Assembly: GCF_009914755.1 (NCBI RefSeq)
Contig: NC_060930.1
Direction: 5' to 3' (one strand)
DNA from: the human T2T-CHM13v2.0 reference genome, Homo sapiens
Length of the DNA: 64,000 nt
Under the pieces are notes generated by a model. That model did no database searches. It saw only the letters and a list, made by a program, of their open reading frames with translations, and was not told the DNA's origin. Within the stretch, counting starts at the first letter, position 1; each line of letters opens with the position of its first letter. Shown here piece after piece: positions 1-14,693 of this stretch. The position numbers and the translations under genes are program-made.

Positions 1-2059
1 ACTCATTGTCCCCTCTGGGGGTTGAGGGCGGTTACAAAATGGATGAGGATGGGAAGAGGCCCTCCTGCTGAGGCCCCTGTGCTTGGCCCTCAGGCCGTCC
101 CCTTACCCATCTCCCCTGCTCTAGTCTAAGAGCACCTAAGAAAGAGACTCACTCTAGCTCTCATGACCCACAACTGAAAATTAATCCCCTCCACGTCCTT
201 TCTAAGTTATCCCAGAGAATAATGCCATGTCAAAGGGACATTTGTCTAATGGAAGGAGCCCAGGCCAGGGGAGAGGGGTATGGGGGAGAGAAGCCTTAAA
301 AAATCCAGCCAAGCATCTGTGGTTTGTGCTCCATGTAAAGTGAAATCTGGGTATTTCTTCCACTAAACAGCATGGGAATAAGTGTAGTGATACTAGCTGG
401 CATTTACACAGCACACTACAGTTACAAGATACTACAAGATCCTTGCCACACCCTCTCAGTTTTTTACCCTTCTGCATTGCAATAGAGCAAGGGAAGGCCA
501 TTGAACCCCCTTTGACGTGGAAGGAAACAGAGCCTCAGAGCAGCTAGGAAGGGGGGATCAGAGGCTGTTGGTGTCCCACCCAGATGTCCTTTACCAGCTG
601 GGGACTCACTCCAAGCTGCTACAGTGTTGGCTGCTAATAGCTCATAACTGTACCCTTCTCCTCCACATTGCCTTAGCCAGCAGGAGCCACTTCCCTGGGA
701 GACGCTTTGGAGGTTAAGCCCTCTACCATAGCCCCTCCCCTGGGAATAGCCTTTAGCTAAGGTCTGACTGCTGTAGGGACAGAAAAGCCACCCTCTTGTC
801 TTCAGGTATAACAAACTCCATGTGCCGTACACGCCCCAAAGCCCCTGTGGGTTTGGGCCCTGCTAGGCCTCCCATGAATTGGCATCTTTGCCTGGACCCT
901 TCTGCTGCTCCATCATGCCCCACAATCCCTCCCAGCTTCTCCTGCAAGCACTCACTCAACAAACCACACGCTGGAATCTCCTCTCAAACCCTGCTTCTAG
1001 GGAACCAGACAGAGGGCTAGTACACAGGGCTTCAGATCCTGAATCCGGATGTTCCTGAGACAATCTGGTTCCCAGGCATCCTGTCGGGGTCTGTTGTGGT
1101 GAGAACCTTGCTTTCTTCCAGGACCTCAGCTCTCTCCCTCTCCTCCTCCCAGGGAAGAAGCTGGTTCTTAAGACTTTGACTGTGAACTGAGGGATGAAGC
1201 TGCCCAGAGCCCCGGCACCTCCCACACCCCGCTGAAAGCTCCCTCTCTCCCCCTCCCACCCCGGCTGTGGCAGCCAACACCATGACTCAGGCCCCATCCC
1301 CACAGCCCTCCACAGGCCCCCAGATTGCTACCCAGTGCCCTGGCATGTTAAGCAGTACAGATGGCAATTAACTGCGTGACAGGAAAATATCCCAAGACTA
1401 ATTATTTCAGGGACAAGACCGGGGACCATTAATAAGTGATGAAGGAATCTTTCCAGAGGCTCCTTGGCTGGCTCCTGCACCAGCCTGCAGAAGGCTGGAG
1501 ATGGAAGGGGACCCTTCCCCACGCAGAGCTCAGTGGTGTGAGTGGGTGGGTGGTGAGACAGGTGGCAGTGCCTTTCCAGGGGAAGTCAAGCCGCTCTTCC
1601 CAGCAGTTAAATCGACAGCTGTTAAGGGTGCAGTCCTCATCCTTCAGACAGGCAGAAAGCAAACAACAGTGGTTCCCTGGATCTTCTCTGATGAATAATT
1701 GATTGTAGAATGCAATCTCATGAATGAATTCCGGGAGAATCCCCAGTCACCCCCTTCTACATTCTCACATCTGCCTCCCCTTCCCTGGCTCAATCCAAGT
1801 GGCAGGCACAATTTCCATTTTCCTGAAACGAATCTGTTTCCTCTGTGCCTGCTTCTAACGTGGCCCCCGGGACAACTCCCACAAGGAGCAGCAGTCAGAG
1901 GCCAGGAACAAAGGGTGGCGTGCCCAGATGGAGGGCTGAACCACACCGGGTCAGCCCTGTGCTTGGACAGTGTCTCACTCCAGCAGCATATCACAGCAAG
2001 GCCGGGAGAGGAGAAAAGCATCGTGCATTCATAAACCCTTTCATGTGCCAGAGTGAATG

Positions 2060-3035
2060 CAAATGCACACACTCTCACATTCACATGTACACACTGACAC
2101 ACACCCACTCTCGTACCCACACTGACACACACACATGCACAGACACATTCAACACACACACACTGACACACTCACTCTCACACATACACACAGACACACT
2201 CTTGCATACACACTGGCACACTCACACATGCACACTGACACACTTACACACATATGCACTGACACACACATACACACTCATACACATGACACACTGACAA
2301 TTGCTCTTGCATACACATGCACACTGATACATATGCACTGACACACTCTCACATACCCAGACACACACACACGCCCACACACATTGATGCACACCCACAC
2401 ATACACTGACACACATGTAAAGTGACATACATATATACACACTGACACACACACTGACAAACTCCTACACTGACACACAAATATTCACTGACACACACAG
2501 ATACACACATTCACTTACATACACTGACACACTAACACAAACACATGCACATTGACACACGTGCACTGACACACACATACACACTCACATAGTGACACAC
2601 ATACACGCTGATACACAAATATGCACTGACACATGCTCACATTCACATAGCCTCACACATACACATACACTGATACATACACACTGACACACACCACACA
2701 ACTGACACATTCTTTCTCACACACCCTCTCACACTCAGATGCACACACTGACACACACAGGCACACAAACACACACTGACACACATATGCATATGCACTG
2801 ACACATGCTGACACACACACATACACACTGACACACACACACACCCATGGATACACACTCCCACACATACATGCATACTGACACACTCTCATTCTCTCTC
2901 ACACACATTCACATACACTCTCACAATGACCATACACTCACACTCACACATTCTCACACACACACTCTCACACTTACACACATGTACACACTGACACACA
3001 AGCCCTTTCTCTCTCACACACACATACTCACACCC
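2060..3035. repeat. Degenerate (CA)n-rich low-complexity tract, ~1 kb
   Basis: Continuous CA/TA alternation with a recurrent CACACTGA(CA) motif. Confidence 0.95.
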
Positions 3036-3077
3036 AGTTGAACAGACAGGGGCTTCCATACTTTAAGAGCCTAAATA

Positions 3078-3402
<325 letters not shown>

Positions 3403-4464
3403 TTATGGGGGAAGAGATATTTGCTTCGCAAAAGGATTTGCAACAGGGCTTCTTTCAGTAATAAGAAACCAAAGTGCATTGAAAATGGAATTTGATTTAC
3501 AAAAATGTGATTTATCTGCAAATTTTCAGAAGCCCATGCCTTGTAGGGTATGGATGTGTGCTTGCAAATATGCAGAACTTGTCAGTGCCTCTCTCCATGT
3601 AGTTGGGGAGAGGGGCAGGGATGTCAGATGGAAATCCTCGCCAAGTCTGCTGACTACACACTCAAGGGTCTGATGGCAATCTAGCTTGGATGGCCACAAA
3701 TACCATCTCCTTCCGCACCTCCAGCTTGCAAAGGGGAAACTGAACACTTTATCCTCAAGGCTACCACGATCCAAAAATTCAAGGTGTATTGTCCTCAAAA
3801 GGTCCTCATCTCCAAATTCTTTCCTTTTATCCCCTAACTCACTAACCAGCTCAGCCTCCAATGGATGTTTTGAGTGGGGTTAACTAGGAAAGATCTTATC
3901 AATTATCTCAGCTGACTTCTTCATTGATGACTGATGAAAAAAATGAGGCAGGAGCCTGCCCCAAACCAGCACCTACTAGACCCTGTGCCGTCCAGCCTTC
4001 ATCCTCACCAGGCATCCCCATATAGTTGTACAAGGCCAAAGCCAAGAGAAAAGGCTCTGGGCAGCACAGTCCCACTGTCCTGTCTCTTCCAGCCCCATGC
4101 CTCCCTCCCTCTCCCTGCTTCACTCCCCTTCTTTCCCTGCTGGAAGTGAACAGATGAGTCATTTGAACTTTAGCTTCCTAGACTGCTCTTCTGGATGAGT
4201 TTGGAACTCACTCTTTTTGGTTAAGGACACCATCCACTAATTAACACCCCCAACCCTTAGGAGACAACTCCTGTGCTGGACACTAAACTAGGGTCTCAAA
4301 GGATTGTCTTGGTAACGCCTTAAAGGAACGGACACCTAGGGACTTGAAGACACACCAGGGAGTAAAATTCAGGTCTCTGATAATTTCCAGAACTTGTTCC
4401 AGCAGACAAACGGACTCTTCTTCAAATGTAAGCTCCTTTCTTGTAATAACAAGAAGGCTGATCA

Positions 4465-4685
4465 AAATAGCAAATACTTATTTAAAGAAAACCACAGCAG
4501 ATGTATATGCCAGCTATTGTGCTAAGCCCTTTACATATGTGAACACATTCCATCATCGCCATAATGCTCTCTAAAGGAAGTACTATCATTACCCCTCAGA
4601 GGCCCAGAGAGGTTCGGTAACTCCCTCAAGGTCACACAGCTAGTAAGTGACACAGGAGGGAATTGAGTTCTGACTCCCTGAGCCC
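4465..4685 (-). mobile_element. MIR
   Basis: MIR core 'aaggtcacacagctagtaagtg'. Confidence 0.7.
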
Positions 4686-4779
4686 TGCAGACATCTCTAT
4701 TTCTGACCTCAGATCCTACCAATCTTCCCCCACCACCCCCACCCTCTTCTCTCCAGCTACAAACACACCAAGCCCATTC

Positions 4780-5115
4780 TCCACAAGGCTTCTGACTTTG
4801 CTGTTTCCTCTGCCCGGAAGGCTCCACCTCCAGCTCATCCTGTCTCCTCAGTGGGGCCTTGCCTGACAATCCCATCTAAAGTAGCGACTGTGGTCACCCC
4901 CACCCTCACCTACCCTTCATTTACTAGGCATCTATCTGCTGTAATTCCATCAGCATTCCTCACTACCTCAAATGATCTTATCTGTTGGTTTACTGATTCC
5001 ACCACAACGAAAACTGCAATGTGTGCAGCGATTCTTCCCCCTCCTTCACTACTGTGCACTTTCATCTATAACACCTTGGCTTGGCACAAAGTGGGCATGC
5101 AATAAAGACTGATCA
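4780..5115 (+). mobile_element. L2 3' fragment
   Basis: L2 3'-end-like 'ttggcacaaagtgggcatgcaataaa'. Confidence 0.55.
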
Positions 5116-6692
5116 AGGAGTGCTCTATTCACAAACCAACATGCACACACACTCACATGCACACACACTGCACGCTGGCGTGTGCATGGGAATGCATTCA
5201 CATTAGACCACAGGCAGATGTCAAGTCAGTGATACAGTCCTCTGCAGTGTAACACCGATAGAAGTGGTGAGGCCAGACTGACATAAATGGGCTTTCTAGC
5301 AGCCGATGCTAAGAAACAGAATTCCTCTGAGGACAGATCCATAATTACCTGGCCTGGAAGACTGCAAACAGAAAATAGAGCCTCTGTGTAGGAGCCCCAG
5401 CATCTCCACCACCTGGTCCAGGCCTTTTGTGTTGGTTGCCTGGAGAAATGGAAGATGATTAAAAGGTGTGAGAAACTGGCCCCTTCAGAGTCCTTGGAAG
5501 GGGAGGGCGCTAGACCAGTTGCTCTAGTTACTGAATTGAGCTTGCTAAATATAGCTGGGTCACACATGGGGCACTGAGGAGGCAGGTCTGAAATCAGATG
5601 GGGTGGAGGGAGCTTCCCAGTTCCCTGCCCCATGCCTTATACCACCACCCCAGGCCCAGTTTGTAGTGAGGGGGTGCCCTTGACATGGAGGTGGAGAAAG
5701 AGGGAGAAGCAGATGCCTAAGCTTATGGTTGTTCTGATCCAGTGCCTGCCCAGAGCTGGGCATTCCATTCTGAATGGCAGATATCTGAGGTCAAGGTACA
5801 GCCAAACTCTAGCAGATAGGACACTTGTTCTATGATACTCAGGCTTGATCAATTTCAATGCTGCTCAAAGCCTTCGTGTGTGCATTTGTGAGTGTGGTTC
5901 ATACAGTAGGAGGGGCAAGAAGGTCAATATGTAAATATGATATCTTTACAGAGCAGAAGCATGTGGGTGTTGGTGAGAGCAAAACTCTGGAGCTGTCACT
6001 AGTGGCATAGAGCTGGATGGGGACTACCTCTGCAGCCCAGCAGATTCCCAAAGCTCCTCCTTCCACAGAAGAAGATTCCTAGAATCATGTAGTAGGTGGA
6101 AAGGGCTGAGAAAAGCTCTCCATAGCAGAGGGCCTGTGGAGCCCAAGCCCTCTGAGACATTTGGCAAGCCAGGGTGCATGCCTCTGGAATCACCACACTG
6201 CAAGGTGCCCAACATGCCCCTCCCCCTTGTCCTCTTGGGCAATCCCAGCCTTTGGAGCTCTTGGTTCCAAAAGCTCTTCCCTAGCCCCAGGTGATGTTCC
6301 CCTGGACTCTTAGCCAGAAAGCCTTGGAATGGTCCTGAGAGCACCCACTGTGGTGGTCTGAGATTCTCCTTCTCAGCTCATGAATAACCATCCTACCCAG
6401 GCCTTCTACCAGCCCAGAGACCTTGTCTGTAAAATGGGAACTACAATGACCTCTTCAGAGGTTATTCTGAGGGTGAAATGAGAAATGGCAGTAAAACGTG
6501 TACAAGTCCAGTAGCAAAGATGGCATTAGAATGTTTGCTATATTTTCTTTCTCTCTTCTCTTTGTGTCTCTTTGGATTTTGTATTTCCTACAGGAAGGAG
6601 ATGTGGCCAAACTGTGATGTTGCTTCCTACCTCCTTAAACTACCCTAAGAAGCTTCCTTCTCCACCCCTACCTCTAGTGAAAGCCCTCACCA

Positions 6693-7178
6693 CTTCCCAT
6701 GTTGTTGCATATGGCAGGATTTCCTTCTTTGCTAAGGCTGAATTCTACTCCGTTACATGTATATTCCACTTTTCTTTAACCGCTCCTTCGTTAATGAACA
6801 CCAAGGTTGCCTCCACATCTTGGCTGTTGTGGATAATGCAATCAACATGGAAGTGCATGTCTGAGAACCTGATTTTAATTCTTTTGGATGAATACCCAGG
6901 AGTAGGATTGCTGGATTTCACTTATATGGAGTATCTAAAATAGTCAGACTCCCAGAAGCAGAGAGTGGAATGGTGGTTGCCAGGGACTGGGAGGAGGGGG
7001 AGATGGAGAGTTGTTATTCAATAGGTACACAGTTTCAGTCATGCAAGGTGAATACATTCTAGAAATCTGCTGTACAATGTTGTTGTACATTGTTGTAGTT
7101 AACAATAGCTTATTGTACACTTAAAAACTTGTTAAGGGAGGAGATCTCAAGTGAAGTGTTCTCAATACAATAAAAAAA
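6693..7178. mobile_element. L1MA8/9-like 3' end with 5' inversion (6693-6916 minus, 6917-7178 plus)
   Basis: Antisense L1 3'-region sequence joined directly to a sense L1MA 3' terminus ending 'tacaataaaaaaa'. Confidence 0.8.
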
Positions 7179-9350
7179 TCATCAAAATCACAATGCCCCA
7201 TTCTGCTGGTTTCTGTGAGGGAGGCTGATTGATCTTGCTGCCTAGTTGGGGACAGTAAGCCGGGCTATACCTGACACTATATTGCATCTGTGTTGCTCTT
7301 CCTGCTGCTGCCTTTGTTCCAGATGTCTCCTGACTTTCTTGTTCTTTCACAAGAATCAAAGCCTGTGATTATTGGTCAAGCAAGAATACAGGGCAGGAGA
7401 CCACCTCACCCATCCAAAGAAATGCATGCAGAAAAGCCATGTTTTCTAATTGTGGGGAGCCACCACCTGACCCTACCCAGGCTCCCTCCTTCCTGTCTTA
7501 TACCATCTGAGCCCCAGGTACCTGTAGAGGGATCTGCTCATAGGACCTGGGGCCTAAGTTTCTGCCCCTCCACCACCAGTGTCTAGTCTCCAACTTCAGT
7601 GGAGAGGGAGAGCTAGGGCACCTAGAGAAAAGCCCCATCGCTGCCTCCTTTCTCAGGGTGAGGTTCTCATGACTGCTCACTGGGAAGGACTGGGATGTGA
7701 GCTGGAATCCCAGTATGAGGAGAAAGTGTGCCCCCATACTCCTTGCTCCTTCTTTTCCTTTCCTTCCCTTCCTGAAGCTCAGCTGTGACCCTCCATTTAC
7801 GTCCATGGGGGGAAGCTCTTTACCTGGGCAGGCCCCCTGTTTCTCAGCCAAGTGTCCCAGTACTGCCAGCCCTGTCTTGAAGTTGACCCCAGAACATCTT
7901 CTCCCATGGTTCAAAGGGCCTGGGCAGCCACTCTTGTTCCAACAGAGCCACCCTTGCATCAGGGTGGGGAGAACAGGGTTCTTGAATGAAGGTTTTATAT
8001 TGTATTTCTTACTGCTTGAAGTTGTACTTGGGGGTGAAGTGGATTAAGACAAGAGTTTATTGTTACTTTCCACTACAACCAGGTGGACTGTACCTGAGAC
8101 AGAAGCGGGATGAGAATAAAAGGGAGGGACTCCCATCTCCCCTAGAGGAGCGATGGCCTCCTGTTACCCTGCAGGCTCCCTAGAGCAGAGCTGTGATTTG
8201 CTGGGAGTGGGGACCATCTTCTTATGCATAATTATGTTTTGCAGAGGGGGTTCTAGAACACTAAGGAATGGCTTCTTCACCACTGGCACACTGGGCAAGG
8301 CTGGGGAGAGCTATGGGGTGTGGTTTCCCTGCTGTGGTTTATTGGTAATTGTACCAAGAATAGTGGAAAGGATGACTCTTGGGTCACAGATGACTGTGGC
8401 AGCAGTGCCATCTTCATGTGGGTGGGGAGGTGACTCCCAGGGAATTGGGACCCTGTGCTTATGTTGTTTATGTCTGAAGTTATATCAAGGGCTCTTGGAT
8501 GCCTTTCAGTTCACATTTGGGACAGTGAGGCTCAATTTCCTGCTGGGCCTGGGGGAAGTAAGCAGCTGGCCCCACCTCCTTAGAAATTTTCTCCAGTCTA
8601 AGCCCTGACTCATAGCTGGTTTTTCCTTTCAAATGATGACCACAGCCCACTCTGGATGCCAAATCTGTCGGTTCTCAGGGATCTAGGAGGGCAAGAGTGG
8701 ATCTGGTCAACCTGGGGAAGACTCATGGGGGACAGGCAGGATTTCCCACTCTCCCAGGCCCTGGATGAACTCTGATATTCAACATGCCCAGTATTACTGA
8801 GGAAAATATTGGTACTCCTTAGCACAAATATCTCACAGAGAATTCTAACCTCAGATAAGGAAGACCAGGCTGGATGGCCTCTGAAATACTTGCTGTGCCA
8901 GTTCAGTGATTCTAGAACCCAATATGCCCAATGTTATCATTAATATGCTGCCATTGATTACAATGTGCTCAGTGATGCATATAATTAATATAATGGAGGC
9001 CGTTAGCACTTCCACTTCTCCAAGTCTGTGTTATGCATTTAATTACTTTAGCACTTCACAGTTTATCAGTATACCATCCCCTGAGCTAGATATTTCTCCA
9101 ATGCCATTTTACAAATTAAGGAATTTTACAAATTAAGGTCATAGAATAAAACCCCACCTTCCTCACTCACGAAGAGACAAGCAGCTTCCCCCTATCTAGG
9201 CTGCTGAAGGACCTTCTTGTTCTTCCCAGGCCACCACCCTATAGCCCACACTGTTTGCCCTCCCCCACAAGCTCACACAACCACATCCCCGAAACTCCAA
9301 AGGAGTTTGCTCCCTCAGGCCTCCTTGGTCCTCAGAAAAAACAGTCATTC

Positions 9351-9640
9351 TTTTTTTTTTTTTTGAAGGTGTCTCGCTTTGTTGCCCAGGCTGGAGTGCA
9401 GTGGCGCAATCTCTGCTAACTGCAACCTCCGCCTCCGGGTTCAGGCGATTCTTCTCCCTCAGACTCCTGAGTAGCTGGGATGACAGGCGCGTGCCACCAC
9501 GCCCAGCTAATTTTTGTATTTTTAGTGAGATGGGGTTTCACCATATTGGCCAGGCTGGTCTTGAACTCCTGACCTCGTGATCCTCCCGCCTCATCCTCCC
9601 AAAGTGCTGGGATTACAGGCGTGAGCCACTGCGCCAGGCC
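9351..9640 (-). mobile_element. Full-length Alu (AluSg-like)
   Basis: Reverse Alu with a T tail. TSD aacagtcattc at 9340-9350 and 9643-9653. Confidence 0.95.
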
Positions 9641-11519
9641 ACAACAGTCATTCCTAACTGGATGGAAAGCTAATTTCTTCCCCTTCAAGGCATTAGTTGA
9701 GCTTCAATAAATGAGACAAGCAGGTCTGAGAACCACTAAGAGCACCCGTGAATTCTTCTGGCTGTAAGAACTACCTTGGACTGAGTGATTTTCTGGCCAA
9801 TCCATCCTTGCCCAGGCGGTGTGTTCCTCAGAGTCACAGGTACCTGGTAAATTTGTGAAAACATGCCTGTCTGTCAGCTCGAGAAGCTAGTTCTTCAGGG
9901 AGGCTTGTAAAGACCTCAAAGTCATGGGGCTATGTTCTTTCATTTCTCACAACATGGGGAAGACTGTCTAGCATTCAGCAAGTTACTAAATGTGAGTTGT
10001 TTTGATTTCTACGTCTCCCTCACATTGCTGCTGGGCTCTGTGTTCTAAAGTTCATGGCCCATGTGTTAGGATCCGTGACTTGGGACATTAAAGACTTTTC
10101 TGGGTTTTATACTGGGGTAGGAGAATATATTTACTGAAGGCTTACTCAGCCCTGTCCCTTACTAGGACTGTGACCTTGGATGTCTCTTGTTTAACTTTTT
10201 TATATCTTAGCTTGTTCATCTAAAACATGAATCTTTGTGTCATGGGCTTAGTGAGGATTAGTTATCATAGCACATATGAGGTGCTTAGCAGAAGTTGCGT
10301 AAAGAAATACCAGTTTCTCCCTTTCCTACCCATAAAGCCCCATCTACATTGCTAAGAACCTTGCTTTTTGTGGAGCCTTACAATAGTCAAGTGAGATTAG
10401 CAGGAGCCCCACCTCCTGGGCTTCAATCTTTCATCACAGGTGCCATTGCTTGGTCCATCCGTGTCCTTGAAACATTTGGTAAAGCCACATCTTAGAGCAT
10501 CTCCTCTGCTCCCCTCCCCTAGGCTGAACAAATCTAACTCCCTTGAGATCCAGCTTTATCCCAGCCCCACCCTCCTCCCCTGCCTGTGTCATGGCTGACT
10601 CAGGGACCATGCCAGGTTCTAGAAGGCCAGTGGCTCATTATCCCTACCCTCTGCACTTTGGCCCCATGGGCCAGCTTTAGCTCCTCATTTGAGGAGGCCT
10701 GGGTGGGGTGATGGGCAGGGCCAAGCCATGGGATATTTACAGAGGGTTCTGGAGTCGGGTTCCCTGATGTGACAGCTGCTGTGTCCTCAAGAGCATGTGC
10801 ACCCCCATACCTACTGATCCTGGGCTAAAAAGGCAACAGGTAAAAGTGAGGTTGTCAGGAGTCCTGAGGTGCCCACAGGTGGTATATGACCCCTAGGCAG
10901 GAAGAAAGAGCACCCTGAGGCCAGAATATAGGCTTCCCTTCCTCAGAGTCCTAGTCCCTGCTTTTTGTTGTTGTTGTTGATGCCACATTTACTGCCACTG
11001 CTACTCCTCTCTTGCATTCTCTGGTGGCTGGAATGTGAGAAGGGAGAGAAAGTAAAGAACACTATCAGGGGTGCCCCCAGGCTCTGAGTTTCAAGAGTCT
11101 CCTTGTCCACTGCTTCAGCCAGAACCAGAGGTTTTCTTCTGCATCTCATTGTCGGCACTGTGCGGCTCACTCCTGGGTTTCAGGTCATGCTGAGTTCTGC
11201 TCAAGAGATTCCAGAGGAAAAAGTGTGCACAACTCAACACCAGTTTTGTGGTACTTGGAATCCTGGTTGTTTTCACCCATCTACTTGCTGGTATTTACTG
11301 TTCGGATCATTCAATTAGCTCCACCATGCCCTCTATCAAGGTTGTATCGTCAGTGGGAGAGAGAGGCTGCCATGTGTTTACTTCATCTTACCTGGAACAG
11401 AACACAGTAAAATGGTAAAGCCCTATCAAGTCCTTCTCCTCCCTCCAGAAGGAAGGAGTCAAGCCCTGGCTTATTGTCACATTGTCCCGTATCCCTGTAA
11501 AAACACAATCACACCTATT

Positions 11520-12330
11520 CACTTATTCATTCATGTAACAAATATTTCTTGAGCACTGATTCTGTGCTAGGCCCCTTCTAGACACTGGGTATACAGCAAT
11601 GAAAAAACAGACAAAACTACTGTCAGGCAAGGCAGTAACAATATAAACAAGTAATATCATATATAATATGTGGGTAATAAGTACCATTGTGAAAAATTCA
11701 GGAAGGTAAAAGGATAGGAATGCTTTTTGATAAAGGTGGACAGGCAGGACCTCTTTGAATAGGTAATGACATCTGAAGAGAAGGTAAAAAAAAAAAAGTG
11801 ACCTCTCCAAATACCTGAGGCATTCCTGGAATGGAAATTGCCATCACTCTCTAAGAGATGAGGGCGTGTTCCTGGCAGGTGTGAGGGAAAGCCAGGAGCC
11901 TGTGAGCAGGACTGCAGGTGGCAAGGAATGCAGTTGAGGATGAAATTGGAGATGGGCAGGAGAGGCAGCAGGTCACATGGACCGTGTAGGCTGTGATTAG
12001 GACTTTGGCTTTTACTCTGAGTGAGATGGGGCATCAATGTGGAGCTTGATGCAGGGTGGTATTATCTAATTTATAATTCAACAGGATCCATCTGACTGCT
12101 ATTGAAAATAGATTGGGATAGGGGAGTGGGGCCAGAAGGAAGCAGAAAAGTCATCTAAAAGGCTATTAAAGTAATTCAGGAGAGAGAAAATTGTTTATTG
12201 ATCGAGGGTGATTGAGGTGGAGGAAGTTAGCAAGGCTTGGGTTCTGAATATATGTCGAAGGTAGAATGGACAAGATTTCTTGACAGAGTAAGCTTGGATA
12301 GTGAGAGAAGGTGAATGGTCAACTTGGCAT
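11520..12330 (-). mobile_element. L2 fragment (~800 bp)
   Basis: Starts with the antisense L2 tail 'attcattcat..aacaaatatttcttgagcac', followed by typical L2 antisense body. Confidence 0.8.
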
Positions 12331-12379
12331 TGGCACGGAGACCATCTGGTAATTCCTGCTGACCCAGGAATCTCCTACC

Positions 12380-12650
12380 CAACACCCCTGACATCATGAT
12401 GTCCAGCCACTTAATGAAGAAATAAGACTCCCTGGGAGAAAGACTTCATTACCTCACACAACAGCCTTTTGCGGTCCTCTGACATTCTTTCCTATGCTCA
12501 CTCAAAATCCATGTCCCTATGTCTTTCTCTCACCGCTCCTAAAGCAATACAAAGCAGACCTTGACCACCTCCCACAGGACAGTCCTCCAGATTCCTCCAA
12601 GGTTATCCTTGAAACTGAACCTTCCATAGTTGATGTTCCCCATTAATGCT
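12380..12650 (-). mobile_element. Possible CR1/L3 fragment
   Basis: Weak resemblance to antisense CR1 3' region ('cattacctcac..aacagcc..tt'). Confidence 0.35.
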
Positions 12651-13049
12651 GTTTTCAGGAGGAAGTAACTCTGGGTTTTCTACTAAGTAGAAGAATCAGG
12701 AACTGATTGCTCTCTGAGCTCCTTCTAGGACATCATTCATGAATTTTGATATGTGATTCACATTGAGGCCATGAATCTAAAATTGGCAAATGCACTCATC
12801 TCCATCCTGTTTCTCAGGTGGGAGATTGGAGAGTTAGCTTAGCACATGTTTCCCTACCATTAAGGAAACCACAGCAATTAGAAGAGCCCTTCCTTAGACA
12901 TCCACCTCCATGTCTCCCCCATTATGACCATTATGGTAAATGAACTAGCCACATTCCTATTTAAAAGCCATTTCTCCACTGTTCTACTACATCCCCTTCC
13001 TTCATACATGTTTAAGAAATTGATGTCTCTAACAGGTGAAAGGCACCAT

Positions 13050-14693
13050 GGAATAGAGCTAATATTTTTTTAAATGAAATACAAGCACTCTTTATAGAAA
13101 TAAGAGGAAACCTAAATTTATGGAAGGGCCAATGTGCCTGGAAAAATTGACTGAGAATAATTAATTCTGAGACATAGCCTATACAACTATTAGACTATTA
13201 AAGAGAGAAAAAAAAACAATACTTATGGCCTCCACACACAACAACCATAATATCTAGAAAGGTATGAAAATTATATAAGCCTCACAATATTCAAGAAAAA
13301 CCTGCAAAGCAAGGCAAGAGTGGAACATTATTTTCAAGTAATCAAAGAAAAGAAAATGAACTGTGAGCCACGGGCTTTATTGCAGCAAAACCATCATTCA
13401 ATTATTAAGACTATAGAAAAACAAATGATTTATTCAAGGAATGAGAGAACTTTGTACACATGAACCCTTCTTGGATAATCTGCTAAACGGAAACATTGGC
13501 AAAATAATGATGGTGAGCATGTGGTATATTTACTGCAGATCTAAGATTTAAATAAGAATCAGGGACAAGGATGGAAAATAATTTATAAGTATTGTATGTT
13601 CTAACAAGGTAGAAAGAATACAACTTAAAATTTGAGCTGAGAATAAAGACAGAAAGAGGAAAGTAGAATAAGATCATTGTTGCATAGAAAACAGGCAGAT
13701 GTCAAATTATACCATGTAGAATGAACAATCCACATAGTAAAAGGTTAAGTAAGAAAAAAGATGAATAAAGATATTTTAAAAGACACCAACGCAAAGGTAA
13801 CTACTGAGCAAAATCGTACATTTTTTTTAAATCTCAAGGGAAATCTTTTAAAAAGATCAAGGAAGACATATCATATAAAGAAAGAAACACACTAAACATA
13901 ACAATACATAGAAAAATTATAGGATAAATTGACACAGGAACTTTACACCTAATATAATAGTCATATCAGTATATGAGAATGAGCTTAAGTTGCCTACTAA
14001 AAGAAATGGATTTTCAAAATAACTTACAAAGCAATAGACTGTGGCATATTCCGCATATAGGAGAAACATTGAAAACAAAGTGATCCAAAGGCTTTAATTT
14101 TAATGAAAAAGAGAATGTAAAGAAGAAGATGGGAAAAGTCATGCTAGCTCAATGGGAATAACTCTAAAGCAGGAGTAGCTACTCTAATATCACCCAATGC
14201 AGAATTTAGAACAAAATGCTATTAAACAAGAAAATTAATAGCATTATAATGCAAAAACCAACGACCTACAATAAAATATATTATTTATTAAATAATATCT
14301 ATGTAAGAGATTATACAAAACCCATCTGTATGTAAAATAAAAATTACAGCAATGCTAGGATAAATAGACAGAAACAATAATGATAAGATAGTTTTACACA
14401 TTACTTTCAGGACAAGAGAAGTCATGTGAACAAAAAATAAATATGGATAGAGAAGACTTAACCAATGTCAATGATAAATTAGATTTCATAAATATGTATC
14501 AAACGCTGTACCCTTTAATAAAGAATATTTTCCCTTCTCAAGCAGAAGTGAAAAATTTATTGAAATTCCTCCTATATTAGATCACAAAGGAAATATAAGT
14601 AAGTTCCATAGTAGGAATATTATAAACAGAATTATCTAATCACAATGCAGTAAAAGTAGAAACAAAAGGCAAAAATTTAAAATGCCCTTCCAA
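13050..14693 (+). mobile_element. Ancient L1 (late ORF1 to ORF2 endonuclease region), left part of a split element
   Basis: A-rich decayed L1 ending just after the endonuclease 'SDHN'-like 'tctaatcacaatgcagtaaaagtagaa'. Appears to resume at 25937. Confidence 0.65.

Noticed and set aside
1644-3041. Many His/Thr- or Cys/Val-rich ORFs
   Set aside because: Translations of the CA-rich repeat.
7498-7959. 153-aa minus-strand ORF near the presumed lncRNA 5' end
   Set aside because: No recognisable homology or coding bias, and this length is expected by chance in GC-moderate DNA.
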